From Pachysolen tannophilus NRRL Y-2460 (Eukaryota): a stretch of 47,472 nucleotides of DNA. The stretch covers positions 557,381 to 604,852 of the forward strand of contig KV454016.1 in NCBI GenBank assembly GCA_001661245.1, written 5' to 3'. The translations under genes were made by a program, and so were the position numbers. The notes under the pieces are model-generated. The model was not told the DNA's origin, ran no database searches, and worked only from the letters and a program-made list of their open reading frames with translations. Of the stretch, positions 10,336-21,902 are shown piece by piece. The stretch's first letter is position 1. Every line of letters starts with the position of its first letter.

Positions 10336-10526
10336 AATTGCTAATATTTGGCTATTATTTATTTGTTTTTTTAGAAAATTTAAAGAGAAATAAAGAAAGA
10401 AAAAAAAAGATAAAAGTATTTTGTTATCCTTATATTTGTCTACATGAATTACAAAAAAAAAAAAAAAACATAAGTAAAATAGACACAAAACAATAATTGT
10501 GTTAATAGAGTGAAGATTTAATTAAA

Positions 10527-11720
10527 CTAATTTGTTCTATTTATGTAGTTTGCAATATCTTCAGCTGTTTTACTACTAGAAGTTTTAGCAGTTTGTTCAA
10601 AAGCAGCTTGATAACGAGCTTGTAAATCAGCATCTGTCTTATTATTGATTTCTCCATTTCTATCAGTTGGAAAAGTATATTCTCTTTCTGGTTGTTCATC
10701 TTCATCTCTTTCTTCATAAGCAGTTTCTTCAGTTTCAGATTCCAAATCTGATAATACATCAACGTTATTATTTTCCAAATTTTCCCCATTTTTAAAATCC
10801 CCATTTTTTTTAATATTTTTAGTATGATCTTTAATTCCTAAATCATTCATTAAATGAGTTAAATTTTTTTCTTTTTCTTGTTTTTCAATTAATTGTTTTT
10901 CCTTTATTATTCTTTCCCTTTCCTTTGCATAAACTTCATTATATTCTTCTGTTTTCTTATCAATAGCATTCAAGAAATCATCAAAACCTTCCCCAGTATA
11001 TGCAGAACAAGCAACAACATCTAATGTAGAATAAAATTCTTCCAACATCAATGACATTGAATTTACCAAAGATGACATATAACCTGAACCATTTGAAAAT
11101 TCACCATTCATATTTGGATCAGTTCTTAAACTTTCTTGAAATTTTTCAAAATCTTGCATCCATTCTTTAGCAAAATCTGCTTTTTCAACATCTGTCTTAT
11201 TAAATACAACAATCATTGGTAATTTTGTCTTATATAATATTGAACATGCATATAACATATTTGAAATAAATGTAGTTGGAGAAGAACTTCTTGGGGTATC
11301 AATAATATAAGCAATAATAGTTGGGAAAGTAGAAGCAAACGCTTCAGTGATGATTGCACCAGAAGCAGACCAAATAAAACATTCAATTTGTCCAGGTGTA
11401 TCTATTATACAATGAGAAAAATTATCCAGTCTTTTCTCTACAAGATTAATAACTTGATCTATCTTTGTAGCAAATAAATTTAAAGAAGTCACAATAGCAC
11501 CATTAGGACCTAAATTATACTCTTCCATAACCTTCTTATATTTCACAGAATCCCTTATATCTATATTACAACCAAATGGAACTTTTGAAACAGCTGGATC
11601 TAAATTAATCACATATGGAGGTTTTTTCTTAGAATGTAAATGCGAATTTAATCTTTGCATAAATGTGGTCTTCCCAGAACCAGCCATACCAACACAAATA
11701 ACAGTCGGAGCATTAACCAT
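10527..11720 (-). CDS. NPA3: GPN-loop GTPase 1 (RNA polymerase II assembly/import)
   Basis: [10 protein letters not shown]-loop, NLDPA, GPNG loop, DTPGQIE, NKTD; acidic C-terminal tail. Confidence 0.97.
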   Translation of the reverse strand: MVNAPTVICVGMAGSGKTTFMQRLNSHLHSKKKPPYVINLDPAVSKVPFGCNIDIRDSVKYKKVMEEYNLGPNGAIVTSLNLFATKIDQVINLVEKRLDNFSHCIIDTPGQIECFIWSASGAIITEAFASTFPTIIAYIIDTPRSSSPTTFISNMLYACSILYKTKLPMIVVFNKTDVEKADFAKEWMQDFEKFQESLRTDPNMNGEFSNGSGYMSSLVNSMSLMLEEFYSTLDVVACSAYTGEGFDDFLNAIDKKTEEYNEVYAKERERIIKEKQLIEKQEKEKNLTHLMNDLGIKDHTKNIKKNGDFKNGENLENNNVDVLSDLESETEETAYEERDEDEQPEREYTFPTDRNGEINNKTDADLQARYQAAFEQTAKTSSSKTAEDIANYINRTN

Positions 11721-12220
11721 CTTGCTTACTCTAATTTTTCCTTCTTCCCAAATTAAACCAATACCTACTCAGTAAGACAAACAAATAAAAAAAATTATAA
11801 TAATATAATATACACCTTATAGCTTGATAAAACCGGTATTATTATTAATATTATATAGAAAATTTTTCAAAAAAGAGGACAAAAACACAAAGAAGTGCAC
11901 AAGGACTCAAAACTCTAAAACAGGAAAATTTGTTTTGTTAATTGAAAAAGTTAATGGCTGGGCAGCCGCATACCAAAAGACGTTTTTACAACAGAAGAAA
12001 GAACCTTTCTCTTTGGTGAGTATTCATCTTTTATTTGGGTTGAAGAAGTAGGTATAGAAAAGTAGAAATGATGATGTTAACATTAGTTTTGTTGAAAAGT
12101 ATAAGATGTGGGATTTTTATAAATATTTCGTAATTTATATATATATATCTATATATTATTTTTGTGTAGTTATTCAATTTTTTATATAAAGATTTTTATA
12201 AATTAATTGCTTAATTTGAT

Positions 12221-13113
12221 TTAAGCGTATAATTTCAATATTCTTTCTTCAATTTCATCCATACATGATGTATATTGTAGTATCATTACACTTTCAGATT
12301 CTCCCTTCATGACTTTATGTACTTGTATATTAGCACCTGGCATTTGTATAGGCATTTGTTGAGTTTGTTGTTCTAATAATGCAGAATCACTTTTTAAAAT
12401 CAAACTATAAACAGCTTTTAAACCAAATAAATTAACAAAATACCAACTAATTGAGCTTACCCATCTAACATCTAAATCAGGTGTTGAAACTCCATTTTGA
12501 AGCATTGATTTAAATCTTAAAGTTAAAGGAAATGGTAATTTCATTATTACAAATCCAGCAAAGAAATAATTCACCCACCACATAATCACCGCCTGTGGGA
12601 CATAATTTGCTATATTATTTTTAATCATTGAAAACATTAAATTAGGAGCATTTGGATCTGAAAGAGGATTTGGAGGAAGTTCATTAGGATCTGGTATACC
12701 ATCTTTTAAATATTTCATGGATTTCATTGTCTCTGAAATATGTTTTTTCCTTAATTCAAAATCTTGTTTTGAAGGTAATATAAAATAATTTTTCCTAAAT
12801 ATAGCTGAATGTTGAAGGTGTTGTCTGTTGAACCAAACCAAAAAAAAATAATTAAAAATTAAAAATGATCAATTGTTAGTTTATTTCTATCCTCATACCT
12901 TCGAGTCCCTTTTAGAAAATTTTTTTTCTTTTTAAATTTCATTTTATTCACTTACTGTTCTCTAACCAGTTTCCATTCTTGTAACTTTGGAGATGGTTCA
13001 AGTAAAATCGTTATATATGTTCTTAATACACCAACTAAAACCATCGCAAAAGAAATGGGTAATAATACCCAATACCTTAAACTAGGATCTAGAACTAAAT
13101 CAGGAACTGCCAT
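12221..13113 (-). CDS. EMC3: ER membrane complex subunit 3; two exons (13113-12956, 12824-12221), 253 aa
   Basis: Exon 1 reads MAVPDLVLDPSLRYWVLLPISFAMVLVGVLR and joins in frame (CA|A) to exon 2 with KLPFPLTLRFKSMLQ and VRWVSSISWYF. Confidence 0.95.
12825..12955 (-). other. Spliceosomal intron in EMC3 (131 nt)
   Basis: GTAAGT donor, AACTAAC branch site (12881-12875), CAG acceptor; removal restores the reading frame. Confidence 0.9.
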
Positions 13114-13285
13114 TCTCTATCCAATTTTTCATTTAATAGATCAAATGGTTATTAAAGATATTATTTTTATATTTTTAAATATATTTATAAATATTTTATT
13201 TTATTTATTTATTTATTATACAAAAAGTTCAAAAGAGAATTTCGAGTTCCTGGCGCACTACCGGCAATTTTCCCAAATCCATTTT

Positions 13286-14311
13286 TTAGGCATACAAACC
13301 ATCTTCATAACCGACGGGAAGAGGTTTATTTCCATATACACCTAACCATGATTTTGGGATTTTATTTAAATTGATATTTTCTAAAAATTGAAGGATTTTT
13401 GGGTTAGATGTATTTAATAATTTAAAAATTTTGAAAAATTTTAAATCTAAGAGTTTAGCATCATGTGAATTATCTCCTTCATAAACAAAAATTGATAAAA
13501 TAATTAAATTTATTGAATAATTGTTTGTATTTTTAGTTTCAATTGTAGTATCTTCTGGAGCATTTGTTGAATTTGCACTTAAGAATTTTGTTAAATTATT
13601 TGCCGCTGTAGTTGCTTCTTTTTCAATTTGTGTTGGTTTGAATTTTTGTAATGATAAATCTTTATTATTTGAAACAATTTTTACAAACCCATTAATAAAT
13701 TTTGAATGATTTTTTTCATTTACTTCTTTAATTATATTAAAATTATTAATATTATTATTTTTAGTAAAATCATTTTCAATTTCTTCATCATCAATTGATA
13801 ATTTTTTGAAAAAATCATTTAAATTATCATCATCATAATATATTTGAAATTTTTTTTCATTATTTAATTGTAACCCAAAATCTTCAGAATTTAAAATTAT
13901 AACTTTACTAAATCCAACATTATGAATAAATGGAAGAATTAATTCTGTTAAAAACATATTTTGATAACCTGGTAAAATTGGAGATCTTTGTTGTAAAACT
14001 GAAATTTTTAAATCTTCACCATAATATAATTCTAATGATGATAAAATTCCATTTTCTTGATTTTCTTTCTCTTGTATAAAATTATTAGAATCTATGTTTG
14101 CATCTATAGCACAATCAACTGGTGAAACAAAAGGATACAAATACGTATCATCCAATCTACCAACTAATTTCAAATTCAAATTATAAATTAATAAATCCAC
14201 TGCTAATTGTGGTGTATTACCAATTGAAATTGTCGGAAGTACCAATACAGAATCTTTTAAAATATTCAATGTATCTATTGGATCTGAACCTGGCACAGAA
14301 TGAAACGACAT
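13286..14311 (-). CDS. ADD66: Proteasome assembly chaperone 2 (PAC2/Pba2)
   Basis: LVLPTISIGNTPQLAVDLL, YLYPFVSP, QQRSP, YEGDN and IPKSWLGVYG PAC2 motifs. First ATG is 14311; the ORF track start at 14419 is not an ATG. Confidence 0.9.
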   Translation of the reverse strand: MSFHSVPGSDPIDTLNILKDSVLVLPTISIGNTPQLAVDLLIYNLNLKLVGRLDDTYLYPFVSPVDCAIDANIDSNNFIQEKENQENGILSSLELYYGEDLKISVLQQRSPILPGYQNMFLTELILPFIHNVGFSKVIILNSEDFGLQLNNEKKFQIYYDDDNLNDFFKKLSIDDEEIENDFTKNNNINNFNIIKEVNEKNHSKFINGFVKIVSNNKDLSLQKFKPTQIEKEATTAANNLTKFLSANSTNAPEDTTIETKNTNNYSINLIILSIFVYEGDNSHDAKLLDLKFFKIFKLLNTSNPKILQFLENINLNKIPKSWLGVYGNKPLPVGYEDGLYA

Positions 14312-14677
14312 CTTTTCAATTTTTAATAATCTACTATTGCAAAACAAAAATTCACTAATAGTCAGTACTCTAAACAAAAATAATAAATAAAAGAAGAAGA
14401 AACACTCTGGTATTATCAAGTGATTTTGAATTTGAAATAAATATATATATAAATATATATATATAAGAAATGTGGTTTATTTTATAGCCTCTTTCATTAA
14501 AACTGTTTGCTAAAAACATAACTAAAAAATTAAAAAAATAGAAAAAATACAAAGGAAAGAAACAAAAAAGATAAAATTCTCATAAAAAGAAAAAGCAAAA
14601 AGCAAAAAAAAAGAAACACCGATTTGAAATTAGAATTAGAATATTAATTAGGTTGTTTCCATTAGGAGGAAAACGTG

Positions 14678-15595
14678 ATGGAAGAAGAGAAAGTTCTGAT
14701 AACAGTTATAGGTGATAGGGCGTTGATTTTTTCATTGGATGATGTCAAGAGATTAAGAGATTTAAAAGTGACTGGTGTACTTTCAGGAACACTTCCTATT
14801 GCTACTCAACAGAATATATTTCTTGGGTTGCCATTACAATTAATGAGTGAAGAAGTTGTATATTTAGTATTGAATCGGTATGGATATTTAGTTCCTAGTA
14901 AATTTTTTTATAATAATTTACTTTCAAGTAGTACTGATGGTGATTTAGAGAAATTTTTAGAATTAAAAAATGAAATTTTCCAATCTCAGACTAAGCAAAA
15001 AGAGTTGGATAATTTAGTCAAACAGAAAAATCTTGTTAATAATAATAATAATAATGGTAATGGGAATTCACATTTAGTTTTACATAAAGGTTCGAATAAT
15101 GAGTCAACTTTTTTCTATGAAATTGATAACCAATCACTTAAGAGTTATCCATCTTATAAAAGTTTCCAAAAATATTATGATAAATCAGATATTCAATTAA
15201 AATTGTTGAATGAATTTTTCATGAAAAATGGAGGAGATTTATTAATGGCTAATTGTAATATGTTTTCTTACCTTTTATCGAAAAATTATTATATAGCTCC
15301 AGGTTTAAAATTTGGTGGGAATTTTATTGCATACCCTGGTGACCCATTAAATTACCATTCTCACTTGATAGTTAATGTCATCCAGGATTTTTACACAGAC
15401 GATATCGGGTTGAATAGAATCGTTAATGGTGGTAGATTGGCTACTAGTGTCAAGAAAATTTGGACAATAGGAGGTAATAAGAATGGAAATAAAAGCTACA
15501 AAGATTTGAGGTTCCCACCAAACAATGAAACTCTTCACCAACAACAACAACAAGACTTGGTCTGCTTCTCTATAGAATGGTCGGGATTCGGATAA
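14678..15595 (+). CDS. SEN34: tRNA-splicing endonuclease catalytic subunit
   Basis: GVLSGTLP..QQNIFLGLPLQLM.EE, PGLKFGGNFIAYPGDPLNYHSH, GRLATSVKK, C-terminal FSIEWSGFG. Confidence 0.95.
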   Translation: MEEEKVLITVIGDRALIFSLDDVKRLRDLKVTGVLSGTLPIATQQNIFLGLPLQLMSEEVVYLVLNRYGYLVPSKFFYNNLLSSSTDGDLEKFLELKNEIFQSQTKQKELDNLVKQKNLVNNNNNNGNGNSHLVLHKGSNNESTFFYEIDNQSLKSYPSYKSFQKYYDKSDIQLKLLNEFFMKNGGDLLMANCNMFSYLLSKNYYIAPGLKFGGNFIAYPGDPLNYHSHLIVNVIQDFYTDDIGLNRIVNGGRLATSVKKIWTIGGNKNGNKSYKDLRFPPNNETLHQQQQQDLVCFSIEWSGFG

Positions 15596-15750
15596 CTGAA
15601 AAACCTTTTTTTTAAACCGTTTATTTCTTTGTATATAGTTATATATATTTATATTTTATCTATTTTGTACTAATTATATGATGTGATGACCTGATGATGT
15701 TAATTTTTAAACTATACAAAAAAGAAAGAAAAAAAATTTTTTTTTTCAGC

Positions 15751-15761
15751 TGAAAAATTTT
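15751..15761 (+). promoter_or_regulatory. RRPE element (TGAAAAATTTT) upstream of LIA1
   Basis: Exact RRPE consensus about 90 bp upstream of the ATG. Confidence 0.6.
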
Positions 15762-15847
15762 TTTGTTTTATCAAAAATTAATCTATTCAATCAAGAAGTT
15801 TTTGAAGTTTTAAGATTAGGTTTAATATCAGGTTGGAGGGTTAAAAA

Positions 15848-16816
15848 ATGTCATCGGATGAAGTAGATGAGAATAGTAACTTGGAACAGTTGAGAGATAT
15901 CTTGATAAATAAGTCAGGAGATGTTAAATTGTCCAGTAGGTTCAGAGCGCTTTTTTTATTAAAATCCATTGGATCAGAATTTGAAAAAGATAAAGTGAGA
16001 GCTAATACTGCTATTAGATATATTGTTGAATGTTTTAAAGATAATTCTGAACTTTTGAAACATGAAGTTGCTTATGTCTTAGGACAGACTAGGAATTTGG
16101 ATGCTGCACCTTTACTTAGACAAGTTTTAGCTGATAAAAATCAGCAATGTATGGTTAGACATGAAGCTGCAGAAGCTTTAGGAGCATTAGCTGATATTGA
16201 ATCTTTAAAAATGCTTCAAGATTATTTTGAAAATGATCCTGAATTAGAGATAAGGCAAACATGTGAATTAGCAATAGAAAGAATCAAATGGGAAAATAGT
16301 ACACTGTCAAAAACTGAAATTTTACAAGAATCTTTATATTCATCTATTGATCCAGCTCCACCATTAGCAATTACACAAGATGAAGATAAAAATGAATCCG
16401 AAAAAATTGCAAAATTAACACGAGTATTGAATGATCAAGAACTGCTGTTATTTGAACGTTATAGAGCAATGTTTAGACTTCGGGATATTGGAACAGATGA
16501 AGCTTGTCTTGCATTGGCAAGTGGGTTTAATGATCCTTCAGCTTTATTTAAACATGAAATTGCTTACGTCTTTGGACAATTATGTAATCCAGTTACCGTT
16601 CCTTCTTTGATAAAAGTATTACAAGATAAGTCTCAAGCTGGAATGGTTAGACATGAGGCTGCAGAAGCTTTAGGTTCAATTGCCACTGATGAAGTATTAC
16701 CAATTTTGAAAAGTTTTCTTAATGATGAGGAAGATGTGGTAAGGGAAAGCGCTGTTGTTGCGTTGGACATGTATGAGTACGAAAATTCAAACGAAATGGA
16801 ATATGCTACAGTTTAA
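15848..16816 (+). CDS. LIA1: Deoxyhypusine hydroxylase (DOHH)
   Basis: Four HE motifs in HEAT-like repeats ([36 protein letters not shown]) and the SIDPAPP linker. Confidence 0.97.
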   Translation: MSSDEVDENSNLEQLRDILINKSGDVKLSSRFRALFLLKSIGSEFEKDKVRANTAIRYIVECFKDNSELLKHEVAYVLGQTRNLDAAPLLRQVLADKNQQCMVRHEAAEALGALADIESLKMLQDYFENDPELEIRQTCELAIERIKWENSTLSKTEILQESLYSSIDPAPPLAITQDEDKNESEKIAKLTRVLNDQELLLFERYRAMFRLRDIGTDEACLALASGFNDPSALFKHEIAYVFGQLCNPVTVPSLIKVLQDKSQAGMVRHEAAEALGSIATDEVLPILKSFLNDEEDVVRESAVVALDMYEYENSNEMEYATV

Positions 16817-16973
16817 TAACCTAAGGAAAAAAAAGAAAAAAAAAGAACTTAATTATTAATATATATATGCTTTTTTATATTTTAAATTAAAACCTTTATT
16901 AAACCTTTCTATGTAATCTAAAACCAAGTGAAAAAACAAACGAAAAAAAAAAATAACCTCAATGAAAACTATT

Positions 16974-17348
16974 TCAATTGTTAGTTCTAAACCTATAACC
17001 ACAATCTGTACAAGTATAAAAAACAGTTGCACCTTCATCAGCAGATCTTAACTGTAAAGTATGATATTGCATTTCTTCATTACCACATTGCGGACATTTT
17101 TCCTTTATAGTAGCACCTTCATCCAATTCAGATTTCTTCAACGAAGTCTTGACTACCGATTTCTTTGATTTCAAAGCCGAGGGGAAAGCATCTTCCGAAG
17201 TTGACGTTACCACTTTTAAATTTTTAAATTGTGTTGATTGATATTCTTTTAAACATACTTTGCAATTTAAAGGTTTTGATGGATCAGAAACAGAGTCCAA
17301 CAAATTCCCACAATCAGTACAAAATATCAAAGATCCAACTACAGACAT
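16974..17348 (-). CDS. RPA12: RNA polymerase I subunit A12.2
   Basis: MSVVGSLIFCTDCGNLL zinc ribbon and C-terminal TFIIS-like CPQCG..QLRSADEGATVFYTC..C; ATG at 17348. Confidence 0.97.
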   Translation of the reverse strand: MSVVGSLIFCTDCGNLLDSVSDPSKPLNCKVCLKEYQSTQFKNLKVVTSTSEDAFPSALKSKKSVVKTSLKKSELDEGATIKEKCPQCGNEEMQYHTLQLRSADEGATVFYTCTDCGYRFRTNN

Positions 17349-17445
17349 CCCTCCTATCCATATAGATATATAGATATATCTTATAATACCAATATCGTAA
17401 ATAATTTTAATTATCAATTCATAGTTATTAACTTGATAAACCTTT

Positions 17446-17505
17446 TGAAAAATTTTTTATAGAGAGAAAAAAAAAAATTTTTCACCAGGTAATAAAAGAG
17501 ATGAG
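17446..17505. promoter_or_regulatory. Two RRPE elements (17446-17456, 17474-17484) and a PAC core GATGAG (17500-17505) upstream of RPA12
   Basis: Consensus matches in the arrangement typical of ribosome-biogenesis promoters. Confidence 0.7.
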
Positions 17506-18108
17506 ATTGAATATACAACGACAGTGACAACGACAACGACAATGATACAAAGAACAAAAACAATAATCGTTAGATTACAATGGAACCCAAGAGAATAGAT
17601 CCAAGTAAATCAATTAGAAGATAGAGACACATCTCAGTAGAAGTTGTAAAAAAAAAAAAAACTATGAAATTGTATTTGTAATTGTTTCAAAAAAAAATGA
17701 ATAATAACTTGATCATTTTTAAAATCTTTCAAAGAAACTACAAAGTCATTTTTTTAAAAACAACAATAGCACATAAAGTTTCTAATTTCTACTTTACTAG
17801 AATCTCATTGAGCTACCAAAAACTCTAGACTATATCTTTATTTCAAGTTTCCAACAATTAGCTGTTGTTTTTAAGAGTTTTTTTGTTCAAATTTTCATCA
17901 ATTTTTTTAAAATAACGCGAAAATTTTGATTTTTGTCCGAATAATAAAAAAAAAGACGAAGAAGAAGAAGAAGAAGATTAAAATAAATATTTAATTATTT
18001 TAATTAAATATTCATCAAAGGATTAATCAGATTGATTGGGGATTTGTGTTCTGTATTCTTATTTGTTGTTGAAGAGGAAATAGGTAATAGATTGTTTAGT
18101 TTTTAAAA

Positions 18109-19791
18109 ATGGCTCAACAGCAACAACATATGATGGAGATGCCTGATATGTCCAATGCTATTGTTGCACAGGATGAAATGGGTAGGCCATTTATTATTGT
18201 TAGAGATCAAGGTAAGAAAAAGAGAACTCATGGGATTGAAGCTGTTAAGTCTCATATATTGGCGGCTAGGTCTGTTGCTTCTATTTTGAAAACTTCGTTG
18301 GGGCCAAGGGGTTTGGATAAAATTTTAATTAGTCCTGATGGAGAGATTAGTATAACAAATGATGGTGCTACTATATTATCTCAAATGGAATTATCTAATG
18401 AGATTGCTAAATTGTTGGTTGAGTTATCTAAATCTCAGGATGATGAGATTGGAGATGGAACCACAGGGGTTGTGGTGTTGGCTGGTGCATTGTTAGATCA
18501 AGCATTTGAATTGATTGAAAAGGGAATTCATCCAATTAAAATTGCAAATGGATTTGATGAAGCTTGTAAAATTGCAATCAATAATTTAGATAAAATTGCT
18601 GATGAAATTGAAATTAATCTTGATGATCTTGATGCAAATTTATCTAATGATTCTAATTTATTTAAAGCTGCAAAGACTTCTTTAGGTTCAAAAATTGTTT
18701 CTAAATGTCATGATCAATTTGCTAAAATGGCTGTTGAAGCTGTATTATCAGTTGCAGATTTAAAAAGAAAAGATGTTGATTTTGAATTGATTAAAATTGA
18801 AGCAAAAGTTGGTGGTTCATTAGAAAATTCTAAATTAATTAAAGGTGTTATTGTAGATAAAGATTTTAGTCATCCTCAAATGCCTAAAATTATTAAAAAT
18901 GCAAAAATTGCTATATTAACATGTCCATTTGAACCTCCAAAACCAAAGACAAAACATAAATTGAATATTTCTACAGTTGAAGAATTTCAAAGTTTACAAG
19001 ATTATGAACAGGATAAATTTCAAGAAATGATTAAATATGTTAAAGATTCAGGTGCAAATTTAGTAATTTGTCAATGGGGATTTGATGATGAAGCAAATTA
19101 TTTGTTATTAGAAAATGAGCTTCCAGCTGTTAGATGGGTAGGTGGTCCAGAAATTGAATTAATTGCAATTGCTACAAATGGTAGAATTGTTCCAAGATTT
19201 GAAGATTTGAAACCTGAAAAATTAGGTACAGCTGGATCAGTTAGAGAATTAGAATTTGGTACCACTAGAGATCGTATGCTTGTTATTGAAGATTGTGCAA
19301 ATAATAAAACTTGTACTGCATTCCTTAGAGGCTCTAATAAAATGATTGTTGATGAAGCAACAAGAGCATTACATGACTCACTTTGTGTTGTAAGAAATTT
19401 GATTCGTGATAATAGAGTTGTCTATGGTGGTGGTGCCGCTGAGATTTCATGTTCCATTGCTGTAGCAGATGAAGCAGATAAACAAAAAGGTATAGACCAG
19501 TATGCATTCAGAGCTTTCAGTGCTGCTTTAGATGTCATTCCAATGTCATTAGCTGAAAATTCAGGTCTAGATCCAATTGAATCATTAACCAGTTTAAAAT
19601 CAAAACATGTAATTGAAGAAAATAGCCATTTGGGTGTGGATTGCTTAGGTAAAGATAACAACGATATGAAAGAATTGTTTGTCATAGATCCATTGATTGG
19701 TAAGAAGCAACAATTGTTATTGGCAACACAGTTGACTAGAATGATTTTGAAAATTAACGATGTAATTATTAGTGGAAAAGACGAATATTAG
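18109..19791 (+). CDS. CCT5: Chaperonin CCT/TRiC epsilon subunit
   Basis: [54 protein letters not shown]. Confidence 0.98.
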   Translation: MAQQQQHMMEMPDMSNAIVAQDEMGRPFIIVRDQGKKKRTHGIEAVKSHILAARSVASILKTSLGPRGLDKILISPDGEISITNDGATILSQMELSNEIAKLLVELSKSQDDEIGDGTTGVVVLAGALLDQAFELIEKGIHPIKIANGFDEACKIAINNLDKIADEIEINLDDLDANLSNDSNLFKAAKTSLGSKIVSKCHDQFAKMAVEAVLSVADLKRKDVDFELIKIEAKVGGSLENSKLIKGVIVDKDFSHPQMPKIIKNAKIAILTCPFEPPKPKTKHKLNISTVEEFQSLQDYEQDKFQEMIKYVKDSGANLVICQWGFDDEANYLLLENELPAVRWVGGPEIELIAIATNGRIVPRFEDLKPEKLGTAGSVRELEFGTTRDRMLVIEDCANNKTCTAFLRGSNKMIVDEATRALHDSLCVVRNLIRDNRVVYGGGAAEISCSIAVADEADKQKGIDQYAFRAFSAALDVIPMSLAENSGLDPIESLTSLKSKHVIEENSHLGVDCLGKDNNDMKELFVIDPLIGKKQQLLLATQLTRMILKINDVIISGKDEY

Positions 19792-20216
19792 AGATATTCT
19801 ATATCGGAAAAAAAAAAAAATACCTTTTTAATTTAAACCCATTTTTTATTTTGTTCTTGATTTTATTTTTGTTTTGATTTACATAGCTTGATTTATAAAT
19901 AATTTATCTTCTCGACCAATTATTGTAGAGGTTTACCTACTTAGTTTTAATTTCAAGTGATGAACTGATATGATTTGTGAAAGAAAAGAATTGAAAAAAA
20001 AAAGGCACAAAATGATTCAATTTTGATTCCTGATTAGGAAGTAGTCATATGCATGTTTAAATGTGCAACTTCACCACTAGTGTTCAATTGAGTTGAGTAA
20101 TCGAAGAAATCTCACTGGTGAAGAATAACTATATATAGTTTGTGAAGAATCCTCTTTTTCCTTATTCCAAATCTTGAGATCTTGTAGTGTTTATCAGAAA
20201 AGAGAAAAGTTTTATA

Positions 20217-21506
20217 ATGTTTTCGAGGACAAAAGCTAATGGTCTTAATGGCTTAACTTTATTAAAAATTCGTAATTTAACGACAACATCGAGATGTTTA
20301 TTAGCACCACCTTCTCCAACTGCTGGTGCAGCTTCTCAGCAGTCATTTCAAATCAAGTTAAAGACATCTGTGCTCCCACCTGATCCCAATTTTTTGTCTT
20401 CAACTATAATGAAGGATAATTGTGAACCACCACTATCAAACAATGTAGTAGAGAAAAAAGAGTCGACATTTGAAAAAGCATACAAAGCTACTGAAGCACG
20501 TCATGATTGGACAAAAGAGGAGCTTCGTGAGATTTACCACACTCCATTGATGGAGCTTATTCATCGTGCCCAAATATTTCATCGTCGTTTCCAAAACCCT
20601 TCAGAAGTTCAAATATGCAATTTGTTAAGTATTAAAACTGGTGGATGTTCAGAAGATTGTAAATATTGTGCTCAATCTTCCAGATATGATACAGACGTTA
20701 ATGCTGAAAAGATGCTTAGTATTGAGCAAGTACTTGAAGCTGCAAAAGAGGCAAAGGCCAACGGAGCTACTAGATTTTGTATGGGTGCAGCTTGGAGAGA
20801 GATGAAGGGAAGAAAAAGTGCATTGAAAAGGATTGCTCAAATGGTTTCCGAAGTTGATAAGATGGGTCTTGAAACTTGTGTTACTTTAGGAATGGTTAAT
20901 TTAGAACAAGCAAAACAATTAAAGGAAGCAGGGTTGACAGCTTATAATCATAATATTGATACTTCTAGAGAACATTATCCTAAAGTTATATCCACTAGAA
21001 CTTATGACGACAGACTAGAAACCATTAGACATGTTCAAGAGTCAGGAATCAGTGCTTGTACAGGAGGTATTTTAGGTCTTGGTGAAACTGAAGAAGACCA
21101 TATTAGTTTCTTATACACTTTATCCACTATGGAAAAACATCCAGAATCATTACCTATAAACAGATTGGTCCCAATAAAAGGTACACCAATGTCCGCAGAC
21201 TTGGAGAAATCAGGTAAAAAATTACAATTCGAATCCATTCTAAGAACAATTGCCACTGCAAGACTAGCAATGCCTGACAGTATCATCAGATTAGCTGCAG
21301 GTAGATATACAATGAAGGAAACAGAACAATTTTTATGTTTTATGGCTGGTTGTAACGCAATCTTTAGTGGAAAGAAAATGTTAACCACAATGTGTAATGG
21401 ATGGGAAGAAGACCAGCAAATGCTAGCAAAGTGGGGGCTAAAGCCAATGAAGGCCTTCACTAAGCATCAGAGCAAATCTTTTCTTCACCAACACCTGGAA
21501 ATTTAA
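20217..21506 (+). CDS. BIO2: Biotin synthase (radical SAM), mitochondrial presequence
   Basis: IKTGGCSEDCKYCAQS (CxxxCxxC), RFCMGAAWR, YNHNIDTS, GGILGLGE, HPESLPIN, IRLAAGR; first ATG at 20217. Confidence 0.97.
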   Translation: MFSRTKANGLNGLTLLKIRNLTTTSRCLLAPPSPTAGAASQQSFQIKLKTSVLPPDPNFLSSTIMKDNCEPPLSNNVVEKKESTFEKAYKATEARHDWTKEELREIYHTPLMELIHRAQIFHRRFQNPSEVQICNLLSIKTGGCSEDCKYCAQSSRYDTDVNAEKMLSIEQVLEAAKEAKANGATRFCMGAAWREMKGRKSALKRIAQMVSEVDKMGLETCVTLGMVNLEQAKQLKEAGLTAYNHNIDTSREHYPKVISTRTYDDRLETIRHVQESGISACTGGILGLGETEEDHISFLYTLSTMEKHPESLPINRLVPIKGTPMSADLEKSGKKLQFESILRTIATARLAMPDSIIRLAAGRYTMKETEQFLCFMAGCNAIFSGKKMLTTMCNGWEEDQQMLAKWGLKPMKAFTKHQSKSFLHQHLEI

Positions 21507-21902
21507 CTATTTAACTATTTAATATATATAATTATATAGGTTTTTAATAAAATAAGACAAAGTCCTGTGTCACATGTCACTCAGATGCAAATTTTCCCCC
21601 AAAAGGTGACGTGTCACTACTGCTTTCCCACCGCCCCTAACTTAGTGACACGTTTTATTGTTTTTTTGGTAATTTTACTAAAATCTGCCAACGAAATTAT
21701 GATTTTTGGCTGGTTCACCTTTTAAATATTGAATGTAAACGACGTAGAAAGATAACTCTTGAACAATATAATTAATCAATTCAAGTTTATTTGTTTGTAT
21801 TTATTTTTATTATTTCAGGATTCAATCAATTGAGTTATTGTATCAATTGCATTGTCTTGGCTTGATAAGTTTAATAGATAGGTAAATTCAGTAGATTTCA
21901 AG

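Noticed and set aside
14330..14367. TACTGAC plus TAG on the minus strand upstream of ADD66, suggesting a 5' UTR intron
   Set aside because: No recognisable donor upstream before SEN34.
15678..15700. TGATGA and CTGA boxes between SEN34 and LIA1 (C/D snoRNA?)
   Set aside because: The boxes are adjacent, leaving no room for a guide sequence or terminal stem.
19957..20125. GTGATGA...CTGA about 77 nt apart, and a CTTCACCA/TGGTGAAG hairpin, upstream of BIO2 (snoRNA or biotin-responsive VHRE?)
   Set aside because: No rRNA-complementary guide or terminal stem recognised, and no exact AATCA-N8-TGAYT match; would need snoscan/Infernal.
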